From an uncultured Gammaproteobacteria bacterium (lineage in GTDB: Bacteria > Patescibacteriota > Microgenomatia > Levybacterales > UBA12049): a DNA stretch of 53,184 bases. The stretch's first letter is position 1. Every line of letters begins with the position of its first letter. The stretch is from positions 1 through 53,184 of the forward strand of contig CAZJVI010000001.1 in the NCBI GenBank assembly GCA_964549385.1. The letters run 5' to 3'. This document shows positions 17,053 to 25,434 of this stretch, one piece after another. The notes beneath the pieces are model-generated. The model was not told where the DNA came from. It saw only the letters and a program-made list of their open reading frames with translations, and made no database searches. The position numbers were made by a program, and so were the translations under genes.

Positions 17053-18260
17053 GACGCAATAGCATTATACACTTCTTTAGCGCGTTTATCCCATGAATAC
17101 TTTTTATGAATAATTTCTTCGGCTTTATTGCCGATATCATTCGACAATTTTTTATTTTTAAGTAATTTTATAATATTTTCAGCAAATTGATCTATATCCC
17201 CAATTTCAGCTTTTACCATACCAACTGGATAATACGATTCATATGCTTTTAAATTAAAACCGACACATGGCAAACCAAATGCCATAATTTCAGCTGCGGC
17301 CATACCACCACTATCATAAAAAGCCGGATGAACTACAACTTTACTTTGACTAAATAGTTTATATTTTTCTTCTCCATCAAACATAAAACCTGTCAACATA
17401 ATATTTTTCTCCAAACCAAATTCAACAATTTTTTGTTTAACTACTGGCATTAATGGTCCATCCCCGAGCATAATCAATTGTGCATTGCTCATCTTCTGCG
17501 TAACTTTTTTCCAAATCTCAATCATTTCTACAACACCTTTCTGAGGATGAAATCTTCCCTGAAAAATCGCATCATATTTTTTCGCAATTCGAGCAAACTT
17601 TTTTTTATAATAATCAATTTCATCAAGATTCACTGCTCCAATTAAAACAATAATCTTATTTTTTTTATTGTGTCTAGAAAAACGTTTTCGCTCATCTTCG
17701 TTATTGACAATGATATAGTCTGTAAATCGTCCTAGTAATGGTTTGATTGGCAATTGCGCAAGATAATATAACAAGGCTTTAAAACGGTATGTTTCTTTTC
17801 TATCTCCTTCTGCAAATCCGGCCAGAGGATTTGGTGCGGTTTGATACCATGTACCTACCCAGCAAACAGTAGGATAACGCAATTTTAGAAACAAACCTGG
17901 TAAAGAATCCATCCAGAATTCCGATGCAGAATAAATAATCGTTTGCTCTGGGTTATCAAGTGTCAATGATAACCCCTTATAGATGCCAAGAATAATTCGT
18001 GCAATATAGTGACCAAGGAAACTAAATGCATACCATTGATTCATTTTTGTTACATGAATATGCTTATCTGACAGTTCCTGTTTTTTTGTCATAGCCAAAC
18101 CTTCTTCAGTTACATAGATATGTACATCGTTAGTTTTATTCCAGCGTTTGGCTAGTTCAATAAAAATCCGGTCACTCCCTGAAATTCCACTTCCAACAGC
18201 AGCATATGCGAAGAATAAAAAATGCGGTTTGTCTTTTGATGAAGATTTTTTCTTTATCAT
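17049..18260 (-). CDS. Glycosyltransferase, GT-B fold (GT4/GT1-like)
   Basis: 403 aa. LIMLGDGP and VVVHPAFYDSGGMAAAEIMAFGLPCVGFNL match the GT-B donor-binding region. Confidence 0.75.
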   Translation of the reverse strand: MIKKKSSSKDKPHFLFFAYAAVGSGISGSDRIFIELAKRWNKTNDVHIYVTEEGLAMTKKQELSDKHIHVTKMNQWYAFSFLGHYIARIILGIYKGLSLTLDNPEQTIIYSASEFWMDSLPGLFLKLRYPTVCWVGTWYQTAPNPLAGFAEGDRKETYRFKALLYYLAQLPIKPLLGRFTDYIIVNNEDERKRFSRHNKKNKIIVLIGAVNLDEIDYYKKKFARIAKKYDAIFQGRFHPQKGVVEMIEIWKKVTQKMSNAQLIMLGDGPLMPVVKQKIVEFGLEKNIMLTGFMFDGEEKYKLFSQSKVVVHPAFYDSGGMAAAEIMAFGLPCVGFNLKAYESYYPVGMVKAEIGDIDQFAENIIKLLKNKKLSNDIGNKAEEIIHKKYSWDKRAKEVYNAIAS

Positions 18261-18303
18261 TATATTTGGAAACGGGATCTGTAATGCTGAACTACCACAA
18301 TTA

Positions 18304-19137
18304 TTATTTGACAGCTCTTACAAAAACGGAGACGCCTATTTCTTTTGACTGGTACATGTCATTCAGTTTATCTATGGCATTGACCAAACCAAATGCTACA
18401 TCAAGAACCATCGGCCTCTTTGGATTTTTTTTGTACTTACTAACAGATGCCGCAGTTGTTGCGGACAATCTTCCCCCGTATAACGCACGCGCTACAAGAT
18501 TGATAATGTAATGATTAAAAGGCAGCGACCAACAGGTAACCGCTCCGGCATCTTCCACTTGAAATTTCGCTTTTTTCATCACAGCTACGATATCACTTCT
18601 TTTGTAGAGTCTGATGTGCTGATTCCAAATGCCGGCCCAAAATCCTTTTTGGATATGTTTGCCTGTTGTCCTTTCAAGAATCCAATTTACCGGATCCCAC
18701 AAAAATGGATAGTTAGCATCTGGTACAGTAAGACACAAAGTGCCGCCTGGTTTGAGAACGCGGTAAACTTCTTTAAGTCCTTTTACATCATTGGGCAAAT
18801 GTTCTGCAACTTCAGACATAACAATTTTATCGAAGGTATTATCTTTGAATGGCAATTTTTTCATAAGGTCTGCTTGAACAAGTGGAATTGTTTTACGCAA
18901 ATTCTTCCGTGCGTTTTTCAATCCATTTGGATCAAAATCTGTTCCTGTAAGATGAAGTTTTAATCCGAGATTATCAAGAAGATAAAGATAATATCCATCA
19001 CCACAACCGACATCGAGAATTTTTTCTTTTTCCTGAGGATCAAGTCCCATGATAATTTTCTTCGCGCGCCTCTTCAACGCCATATCTCCAGTACTCACAA
19101 GGAGTTGATCCAATATTCTCTCAGCCTTTTTTTTCAT
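18304..19137 (-). CDS. Class I SAM-dependent methyltransferase
   Basis: Motif I ILDVGCGDGYY, then FDKIVMSEVAEHLPND and VLKPGGTLCLTVP. Confidence 0.85.
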   Translation of the reverse strand: MKKKAERILDQLLVSTGDMALKRRAKKIIMGLDPQEKEKILDVGCGDGYYLYLLDNLGLKLHLTGTDFDPNGLKNARKNLRKTIPLVQADLMKKLPFKDNTFDKIVMSEVAEHLPNDVKGLKEVYRVLKPGGTLCLTVPDANYPFLWDPVNWILERTTGKHIQKGFWAGIWNQHIRLYKRSDIVAVMKKAKFQVEDAGAVTCWSLPFNHYIINLVARALYGGRLSATTAASVSKYKKNPKRPMVLDVAFGLVNAIDKLNDMYQSKEIGVSVFVRAVK

Positions 19138-19161
19138 TAGTTTCTATTTATAGTGGATTAA

Positions 19162-19180
19162 GGCTCTATATGCAAGAGCC
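19162..19180 (-). terminator. Short stem-loop downstream of the secreted-protein gene (weak terminator candidate)
   Basis: GGCTCT (19162-19167) pairs with AGAGCC (19175-19180) around a 7-nt loop. No clear U-tract follows on the minus strand. Confidence 0.3.
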
Positions 19181-19236
19181 AGTTAAGTTTATTTGATAAT
19201 AAATAAGGGCGTCCTTTTTCTTCTCTATCTATGAAT

Positions 19237-20424
19237 TTACAGATATGAGCTTACTGCTTTTAGATTGGTAGGATCAGCTGGATTCCCACCGCCGTAGAGA
19301 TGCGCCAATCCAGTAGCACCTGTCATTTCATCCAAATAATACGTTGTTTTACTTGTTAAATTAATAAACTCGCTCTCAGAGGCAGATCCATAATCAGAAA
19401 CGCTGTTGTTGCCAGTTGAGATTTCTTTTGTCATATCAGCGTCACTCTGACTGCTGCTAGATGTAGATAACGTAACAAAAGCCCAGTATCCCGCTGCTGT
19501 GCCGCTATCCCATCCGAAATCTGTTGAATATGACAGTTCCCAAATTCCGATAGGAACAGTTATCGAATCTCCACCTATGTTATACCATGTGTTTGCTGTA
19601 GGACTGCTTTCATAGGTAAATGGTGAATCAGAGACTTCAACTGACCACTTTGCTGGATCCAAAGGAAAACCCAGAGGTGCTTTTTCTGTTGAAAAATATA
19701 TGTTGCTGATTGTGGAATTTGCAAGAGTATAATCAGTCCCCCCATAAAGTGTTATGGTTGTATTAGGAGAAGAAAAGGATACTCCGGTAATAAGAAAGTA
19801 TTTTATTGTAGATGACTGCGTCAATTTAATCCTCATGCCAGGAGTATAAATACCAGTAAGATCACCTGAAGTTGTCGCTGTAAATGTCGGTGAATCTGCT
19901 GATGCATATGTCCAAGTGTTGCCATCTTGAACCCAGCCGTTGACAACTGATGTATAAGCGGACATAGGAGAGTTAGTAGTGGCATAAGGCAGAGGATAGT
20001 TTAAGACTTGCGAGACATCACCGCTATTGTCATGAAGAGTAACTGATGTAACTCCATAATCTAAGCTAGTCTGAGTACCTGGGGTCGTCTGATCTACGCA
20101 TGTGCCCATTGTACAGCTACTGAAATTGCCCTGCCATAGGTTTATGCCGGGACCTCCGTTTTGCAGTATCGCTACATTACCATTATCGAAAGTTCCTGTA
20201 TAATCAAACTTTAATATGCCGGTTGTTGGATCGAACGTGACATTTGATACGGTAAAGCTGCCAGAAGCATGAATACGATGATAAGAAGGTAAAATCCAGA
20301 GAGAAAGAATGATAACAGAAAATAATACAAATACTGTTTTTAAAATAAAAGGTTTTACGAAAAACTTATTGAAAGTTTCTACTTCCAATTTATGAAGGAA
20401 AAATGAATTGATTTTGTTTTTCAT
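19237..20424 (-). CDS. Secreted or surface protein, Ser/Thr/Gly/Asn-rich, function unknown
   Basis: N-terminal signal anchor FVLFSVIILSLWILPS with an AXA-like site (RIHA/SG). The mature part is rich in S/T (TLSTSSSSQSD, TATTSGDLTG, SFSSPNTTITL). The gene is visibly more G+C-rich than its neighbours. Confidence 0.7.
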   Translation of the reverse strand: MKNKINSFFLHKLEVETFNKFFVKPFILKTVFVLFSVIILSLWILPSYHRIHASGSFTVSNVTFDPTTGILKFDYTGTFDNGNVAILQNGGPGINLWQGNFSSCTMGTCVDQTTPGTQTSLDYGVTSVTLHDNSGDVSQVLNYPLPYATTNSPMSAYTSVVNGWVQDGNTWTYASADSPTFTATTSGDLTGIYTPGMRIKLTQSSTIKYFLITGVSFSSPNTTITLYGGTDYTLANSTISNIYFSTEKAPLGFPLDPAKWSVEVSDSPFTYESSPTANTWYNIGGDSITVPIGIWELSYSTDFGWDSGTAAGYWAFVTLSTSSSSQSDADMTKEISTGNNSVSDYGSASESEFINLTSKTTYYLDEMTGATGLAHLYGGGNPADPTNLKAVSSYL

Positions 20425-20442
20425 TTAACGAGCTCTAGCATT

Positions 20443-20471
20443 ACTATTCCACAGTATCTATATACTGTCAA
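20443..20471 (-). promoter_or_regulatory. Promoter candidate for 19237..20424 (-35 TTGACA, 17-nt spacer, -10 AATAGT) overlapped by a 7-4-7 inverted repeat
   Basis: Minus-strand TTGACA is at 20466-20471 and AATAGT at 20443-20448. ACAGTAT (20451-20457), spacer ctat, and ATACTGT (20462-20468) form a perfect inverted repeat across the spacer and -35. Confidence 0.35.
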
Positions 20472-20649
20472 TAGTACATTTTGCATCATTTTTACTCTAT
20501 AAAAAATCTAGAAAATCATAAAATCTGTAGATAGCAGCATACTATAATATATAAATTTAAAAATGCAAAAGTAAACCTATGGTAAAACCTTATAATTAAT
20601 ATCAATCGTATTACTCCTTTTTATAACCAACAATCCATTTGCATATCGA

Positions 20650-21390
20650 ATGTCTACAATAAAATATGATAAAATGAAACTGATGAAAAATTTTGGTACA
20701 TATATTAGGAATTTAGGGAAACAAGTAGAAGATGAAGTAGAATTAACGGTCGAAAATTTTCTTCCTAAAAATGGTAACCTCACCTATCTTGATTGTGGAT
20801 CATATGATGGATATAGAACAATGCAAAGAGCAAATGCAATTGGCACAAAAAAAGTTTTGGGGTTGGATGTATTAAAAGATGTTTCCAAAAAAGCTACAAA
20901 AAAAGGAGTTAAAGTAATATTTGGAGACTTAAATGAGAAATGGCCCATACCTAGCAATAGTGTTGACGTTATTACATCAACTGAGACGATTGAACATTTA
21001 ATTAATGTTGATCTATTTCTTGAAGAAGCTCATAGAGTCCTCAAAAAAAATGGACTTTTTATTCTCTCAACTGACAATCTCGCCGCTTATCATAATATTT
21101 TCGCACTATTTAGAGGACTTCAGCCCTATACTGGTCCTTTTTTGTCTAGAAAATACCCAATCGGACATAGACCAAATGCAATCTTTTATGAAACTCTGAA
21201 GGATATGTATCCTCATTTAAATGTAATGACAACTAAATCCTTGGTACAATTATTGGAATATAATAAATTTAAGATCAAAGCGGTAACAGGTGCAGGTTTT
21301 TACCCATTTCCAATACCGATTGCAAGATTGCTAGTGAAGATCGACAAATACCATGCTTCTCATTGTATTGTTGTAGGACAAAAAATTTAA
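20650..21390 (+). CDS. Class I SAM-dependent methyltransferase
   Basis: YLDCGSYDGY (degenerate motif I), VDVITSTETIEHLINV and VLKKNGLFILST. Confidence 0.75.
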   Translation: MSTIKYDKMKLMKNFGTYIRNLGKQVEDEVELTVENFLPKNGNLTYLDCGSYDGYRTMQRANAIGTKKVLGLDVLKDVSKKATKKGVKVIFGDLNEKWPIPSNSVDVITSTETIEHLINVDLFLEEAHRVLKKNGLFILSTDNLAAYHNIFALFRGLQPYTGPFLSRKYPIGHRPNAIFYETLKDMYPHLNVMTTKSLVQLLEYNKFKIKAVTGAGFYPFPIPIARLLVKIDKYHASHCIVVGQKI

Positions 21391-21393
21391 TTT

Positions 21394-23562
21394 TTAATAA
21401 TTACCAATATTTAAAGATATATCAACTGTATAACTTCCTTTTTTACTAACCAACCAACCGTTTGCATAGCCGTTGAGAAGATAATGATCATTCAAAACCT
21501 GATCCCCTATTTTTGCCGACCATAAGTCATTAAAATTATTTGCAAGAATCAACATAAATGGATTTTTGCTATTGGTTATTTTTATTTGATAACGTGTGTC
21601 TGATAATTTCTCAACAGTATACTTTGGTTTTTCTAAATGGATGTCAGGATAATTTAGTGTATTTTCAGAAGGGATAATTACGGCATCATTAGCAGGATCA
21701 AAACGAGCACTCGAAATAAGAGAAAATGTTTTATCTAAATTTGAAGCATCAAATAGCTTATCAGCAATATAAACTCTCCCGGGAACTAAATTATTATTTA
21801 ATTTATAAACTTCTAACTCCCCGTTATTATATACATGCTTTACTCCTGACCAATTTTTTATATACGTCCGAGTATCGTCTACTTTTTCCTGATAGTAAGA
21901 AGTTATAATCTCATCTTTATGCAAAATAATATATTGCACATCCATAATTGCCAACAGATTTGAAAAATATTTACTTTCTCGAAAATAAACTGGATCACCT
22001 AGTTTTAAATAAAAATTATCCATAAAAGGGATAGAAACTACTCGAGATATTGAAGAATTATCAAATAAATATTCTGTTGGTTCTTCTCCATTATAATTCC
22101 ACTCATAAGTAACTTCTGTTCCTCTTAAAAAAGGTAATTGGAAAAGTCTCGTATCAGTGCTGGCATGAGAATCAACATAGCCATTAACGTTTTGATAATA
22201 ATCCGGTACCACTACGTGTTCGCTTGGAGAAAATAATCGGCCACTCCACATGGGCTTTAATAAATAACCGCAAAAAATAAGAAGGACTAAAATAATGAAA
22301 GAATATTTAAATTTTTTAAGCTTTTCTGCAATATATGTTACTCCGATTGAGAAAACCACAGCGTATGCTAGAACAAAAACAGAGCCAAATTTTTCATATG
22401 GATTTCTGAATATTTGTAATATAGGAATATATTTAAAAATAAAAGAATAAAATTCAACTCCAAAAGGAGGATTGGTCCCTTTACAGATAAACCATCCCAA
22501 AATAAGTAAAAGTAAAAAGAATAAATGTCCTTGAGCAACTTCTATTTTAATTTTCTTTTCTCTTAGTTTTTTTATGCTTACTATGACACCAATCAAAACA
22601 AGCAATAATGCCGCAATACTCATAGCATACACATGAGGAACAGAATAAAATTCAACAAATGGTCTTCCACTTTGCTGTCCGAATAAAAATAACTGTCTTA
22701 ATAACCACAAAGCGCTATTGGGAAAATACTTACTAACTTCAAAAAGCGATTCATAATTTCCATTGAAATCAATATTTGTACTTGCGGTGATATTTTTTGT
22801 CTGCCAGATAGGAAATAACCACCACATATTTGTTAAAATCCATAAAACAAAAGAAATAAATGCAGACCGTATAAGTGTAAATTTATTGTTGTTTTTGAAT
22901 ATAACGATAAAAAAATAAACACCAGCACAAAACCACAGTGTGATGAGTGGAGAAATAATTACAAACATCTCAGAAAAGATCAAAGTAGTGAATAAAAAGA
23001 ATAATAGATATTTTATTTTATTTGTTTTTAAATATAATACCCAAATCAATAAAAAAAGCGGCAAATATGACCACAAAAGTATCAAAGGATAAACAAAACG
23101 TGTAATAACTTGTGATAACGTATAAAGATTAAAAAGATAAAATAAAGCAGCAACAAAACCGATATTTCCATTTTTATCCTGCAAAATTTCCTTAACTAAT
23201 TTGGGAACAGATAGAATTGGAGTAATAATAAGTCCAAAAAAAACGACAAACTGAACTTGCCAAGATACAAGACCGATTTTCTGTAACAATACAAGAAAAA
23301 CAAATAGTGGAACCCTAGGAATATTTAAAACACCGCTCAAACCAAGACCTGTATCATAAAAATAAGAAGAATAATTTACAAGAGTTCTTGTAGTATCATA
23401 AAAAGGAATGCCTTCTTCTGCAGAAGCAAACATAGTATGATCTTTAAACCAAATTGCTACTACGATCAAACTAATGGCTATTAAGATATTTTTATATAGA
23501 AAATAATTATTTGTTATTAATGATCGATAATAGTTCCTAAAAAAATTTCTGTAGAGTTGCAT
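21394..23562 (-). CDS. GT-C-type polytopic glycosyltransferase, AftD/DUF3367-like (paralogue P4)
   Basis: 722 aa with YIPILQIFRNPYEKFGSVFVLAY, TRLFQLPF, VQYIILHK, LWSAKIGDQVL and NGYANGWLVSKKG. It has no terminal TM anchor. Confidence 0.55.
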   Translation of the reverse strand: MQLYRNFFRNYYRSLITNNYFLYKNILIAISLIVVAIWFKDHTMFASAEEGIPFYDTTRTLVNYSSYFYDTGLGLSGVLNIPRVPLFVFLVLLQKIGLVSWQVQFVVFFGLIITPILSVPKLVKEILQDKNGNIGFVAALFYLFNLYTLSQVITRFVYPLILLWSYLPLFLLIWVLYLKTNKIKYLLFFLFTTLIFSEMFVIISPLITLWFCAGVYFFIVIFKNNNKFTLIRSAFISFVLWILTNMWWLFPIWQTKNITASTNIDFNGNYESLFEVSKYFPNSALWLLRQLFLFGQQSGRPFVEFYSVPHVYAMSIAALLLVLIGVIVSIKKLREKKIKIEVAQGHLFFLLLLILGWFICKGTNPPFGVEFYSFIFKYIPILQIFRNPYEKFGSVFVLAYAVVFSIGVTYIAEKLKKFKYSFIILVLLIFCGYLLKPMWSGRLFSPSEHVVVPDYYQNVNGYVDSHASTDTRLFQLPFLRGTEVTYEWNYNGEEPTEYLFDNSSISRVVSIPFMDNFYLKLGDPVYFRESKYFSNLLAIMDVQYIILHKDEIITSYYQEKVDDTRTYIKNWSGVKHVYNNGELEVYKLNNNLVPGRVYIADKLFDASNLDKTFSLISSARFDPANDAVIIPSENTLNYPDIHLEKPKYTVEKLSDTRYQIKITNSKNPFMLILANNFNDLWSAKIGDQVLNDHYLLNGYANGWLVSKKGSYTVDISLNIGNY

Positions 23563-23609
23563 CTTGTTTATACCTTTGTATTATAGTATAAATTGATTAG
23601 TAAAATCTT

Positions 23610-24224
23610 ATGGCTAATTTCTACGACTTTTATTGGACAGAAAAGAAATCAGACAAGCTTAATGACTTTGATTATAAATGGCCGGTTCTCTCAAAAATTA
23701 TCCCACAGAATCAAAAAATAAAGATACTAGATTACGGATGCGGAACAGGTAAGATATTTAAAGAACTTATGCAGATGAATCCCCAAAGTACAATTTCAGG
23801 GACAGATATTTCCGAATTTGCGCTTAAAAAAATTGAAAAAAGATTTCCTAAAAATCGTTTTTACCTCGTTTCAGACGGGACAAAAATACCATTAAAGAAT
23901 TCAACCTTTGACTTCATCGCAGCGTTGGATGTAATAGAACATATTGTTCATACAGATCTAATTCTAGATGAATTTTATAGAATTCTTGCACCAAAGGGTA
24001 AATTACTTATTAGTACACCATATCATGGCGTAATTAAAAACTTGGTTTTGTCAGCAGTCGGATTTGAGAAAGTCTTTAACCCCTTTGGGCCACATATTCG
24101 CTTTTTTACTGAGGCTTCTCTTACAGAAGGCTTGGAAAGACACAAATTTAAAATTCTAAAAAAAGGTCATTATGGTAGGTTCTCCCCGTTATGGAGAGGC
24201 ATGTATTTCCTAGTACAGAAATAA
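23610..24224 (+). CDS. Class I SAM-dependent methyltransferase
   Basis: Motif I ILDYGCGTGK, then FDFIAALDVIEHIVH and ILAPKGKLLISTP. Confidence 0.8.
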   Translation: MANFYDFYWTEKKSDKLNDFDYKWPVLSKIIPQNQKIKILDYGCGTGKIFKELMQMNPQSTISGTDISEFALKKIEKRFPKNRFYLVSDGTKIPLKNSTFDFIAALDVIEHIVHTDLILDEFYRILAPKGKLLISTPYHGVIKNLVLSAVGFEKVFNPFGPHIRFFTEASLTEGLERHKFKILKKGHYGRFSPLWRGMYFLVQK

Positions 24225-24231
24225 ATAATTT

Positions 24232-25434
24232 TTATTTAACTATTAGTGATTGATATAGCGTGTAATGCTCCTTTGCAATAGTCGTCCAGTACCTTTTTTG
24301 TACAGATTTTTTCAAATGAGACTCTAGCGACTCATATAATTTCTTGTTCGTCATTAATATCTCCAATTGTTTTTCAAGAGATCTCGCTCCTTTTTTTTCG
24401 TATAATAAACCAAAATTATTTTCCGCAACTTCCTGACCCAGCGGCTTCACGTCTGCGACAAGAAGAGGTTTTTGGTATGCAAGTGCAAGTGACAAGGACC
24501 CACTGGTATTAAAAGAAACTATTGCAGGGATAAGGACAATTGCAGCGTTTCTGTAAAATTCATCAATTTCTGCATCTTTTACAAAACCTGTCATAAGAAC
24601 TTTATCATCCAATTTATACTCATGAATCAAGTCTGTTATTTTATTCCAATAATATGCAAATTCAGGCTGGACATCACCCACAAGTGCCAAAAGCCAATTA
24701 TTCAAGTGCTTCTTTTCAATAACGTGCTTATATGTTTCTAACAAATATTCATACCCCTTCCGTGGAGAAAAATGACCAAAAACGAGGATGATATCTTTTC
24801 CTTTTACAACTGGAAATTGTTTTATTATTTTATCTCTGTTTTTAATATTCAAATTTTTTATCTCTCGGATTCCATGATCTATGACGACAATTTTATTGTT
24901 GGCAATCGGCAAATAAGAAGAAAGGATCTCTTTTAACATCGGTGCATGAACAGTTACCCTATTTGAAAAAAGAAGAATTAATTTATAAACATAATGAAAA
25001 AAGCCAATGACCATATATTTGGATATAACATTTGGTTTTACATTAAAATTATCAAGAAATTCATTGTCAACTTGTTTGGGAGATACTATCCCATGCATTG
25101 TTACCACAACAGGATATTTTTTAAAACGTAATAGTAAAAGTAAAAAAGGAAATTGTAAGGCTGTAAGTAATCCCCCATATGTTTTAAATTCATGTTGAAG
25201 ATGGATTACGTCAGGTTTGACTTTGTCTATATAATCAATAACATCAAAAAAACATTTCCACCCTGGCCGCCAGATTTCATTTACTTTTGGCAATTTATTA
25301 TCCAATACTTTATCTCCTTTTCTGCCGCAAAGATATAACGTATCATTTCTTTTAAGGATCTTTTGGAAATAAACACTCAGATCTCTTGTATAGTTTGTAT
25401 CTGGAACGAATACTGCAACAAAAACAATTTTCAT
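24232..25434 (-). CDS. Glycosyltransferase, GT-B fold (GT4-like)
   Basis: MKIVFVAVFVPD, DVIHLQHEF, LALVGDVQPE and VLIPAIVSFNTSGSLSLALAYQKPLLVADV. Confidence 0.7.
   Translation of the reverse strand: MKIVFVAVFVPDTNYTRDLSVYFQKILKRNDTLYLCGRKGDKVLDNKLPKVNEIWRPGWKCFFDVIDYIDKVKPDVIHLQHEFKTYGGLLTALQFPFLLLLLRFKKYPVVVTMHGIVSPKQVDNEFLDNFNVKPNVISKYMVIGFFHYVYKLILLFSNRVTVHAPMLKEILSSYLPIANNKIVVIDHGIREIKNLNIKNRDKIIKQFPVVKGKDIILVFGHFSPRKGYEYLLETYKHVIEKKHLNNWLLALVGDVQPEFAYYWNKITDLIHEYKLDDKVLMTGFVKDAEIDEFYRNAAIVLIPAIVSFNTSGSLSLALAYQKPLLVADVKPLGQEVAENNFGLLYEKKGARSLEKQLEILMTNKKLYESLESHLKKSVQKRYWTTIAKEHYTLYQSLIVK

Noticed and set aside
19237-20649. Diversity-generating retroelement or prophage tail-fibre interpretation of the Ser/Thr-rich protein
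   Set aside because: The window has no reverse transcriptase. Neither flanking spacer has a template-repeat-like copy of the gene's 3' end. There are no other phage, integrase or transposase genes. The fibre-like impression is only a vague sequence resemblance.
24222-24238. TAAATAA-ttt-TTATTTA palindrome between convergent genes as a bidirectional terminator
   Set aside because: The stem is entirely A/T (7 bp) and is made largely of the two stop codons. It is too weak to call a terminator.
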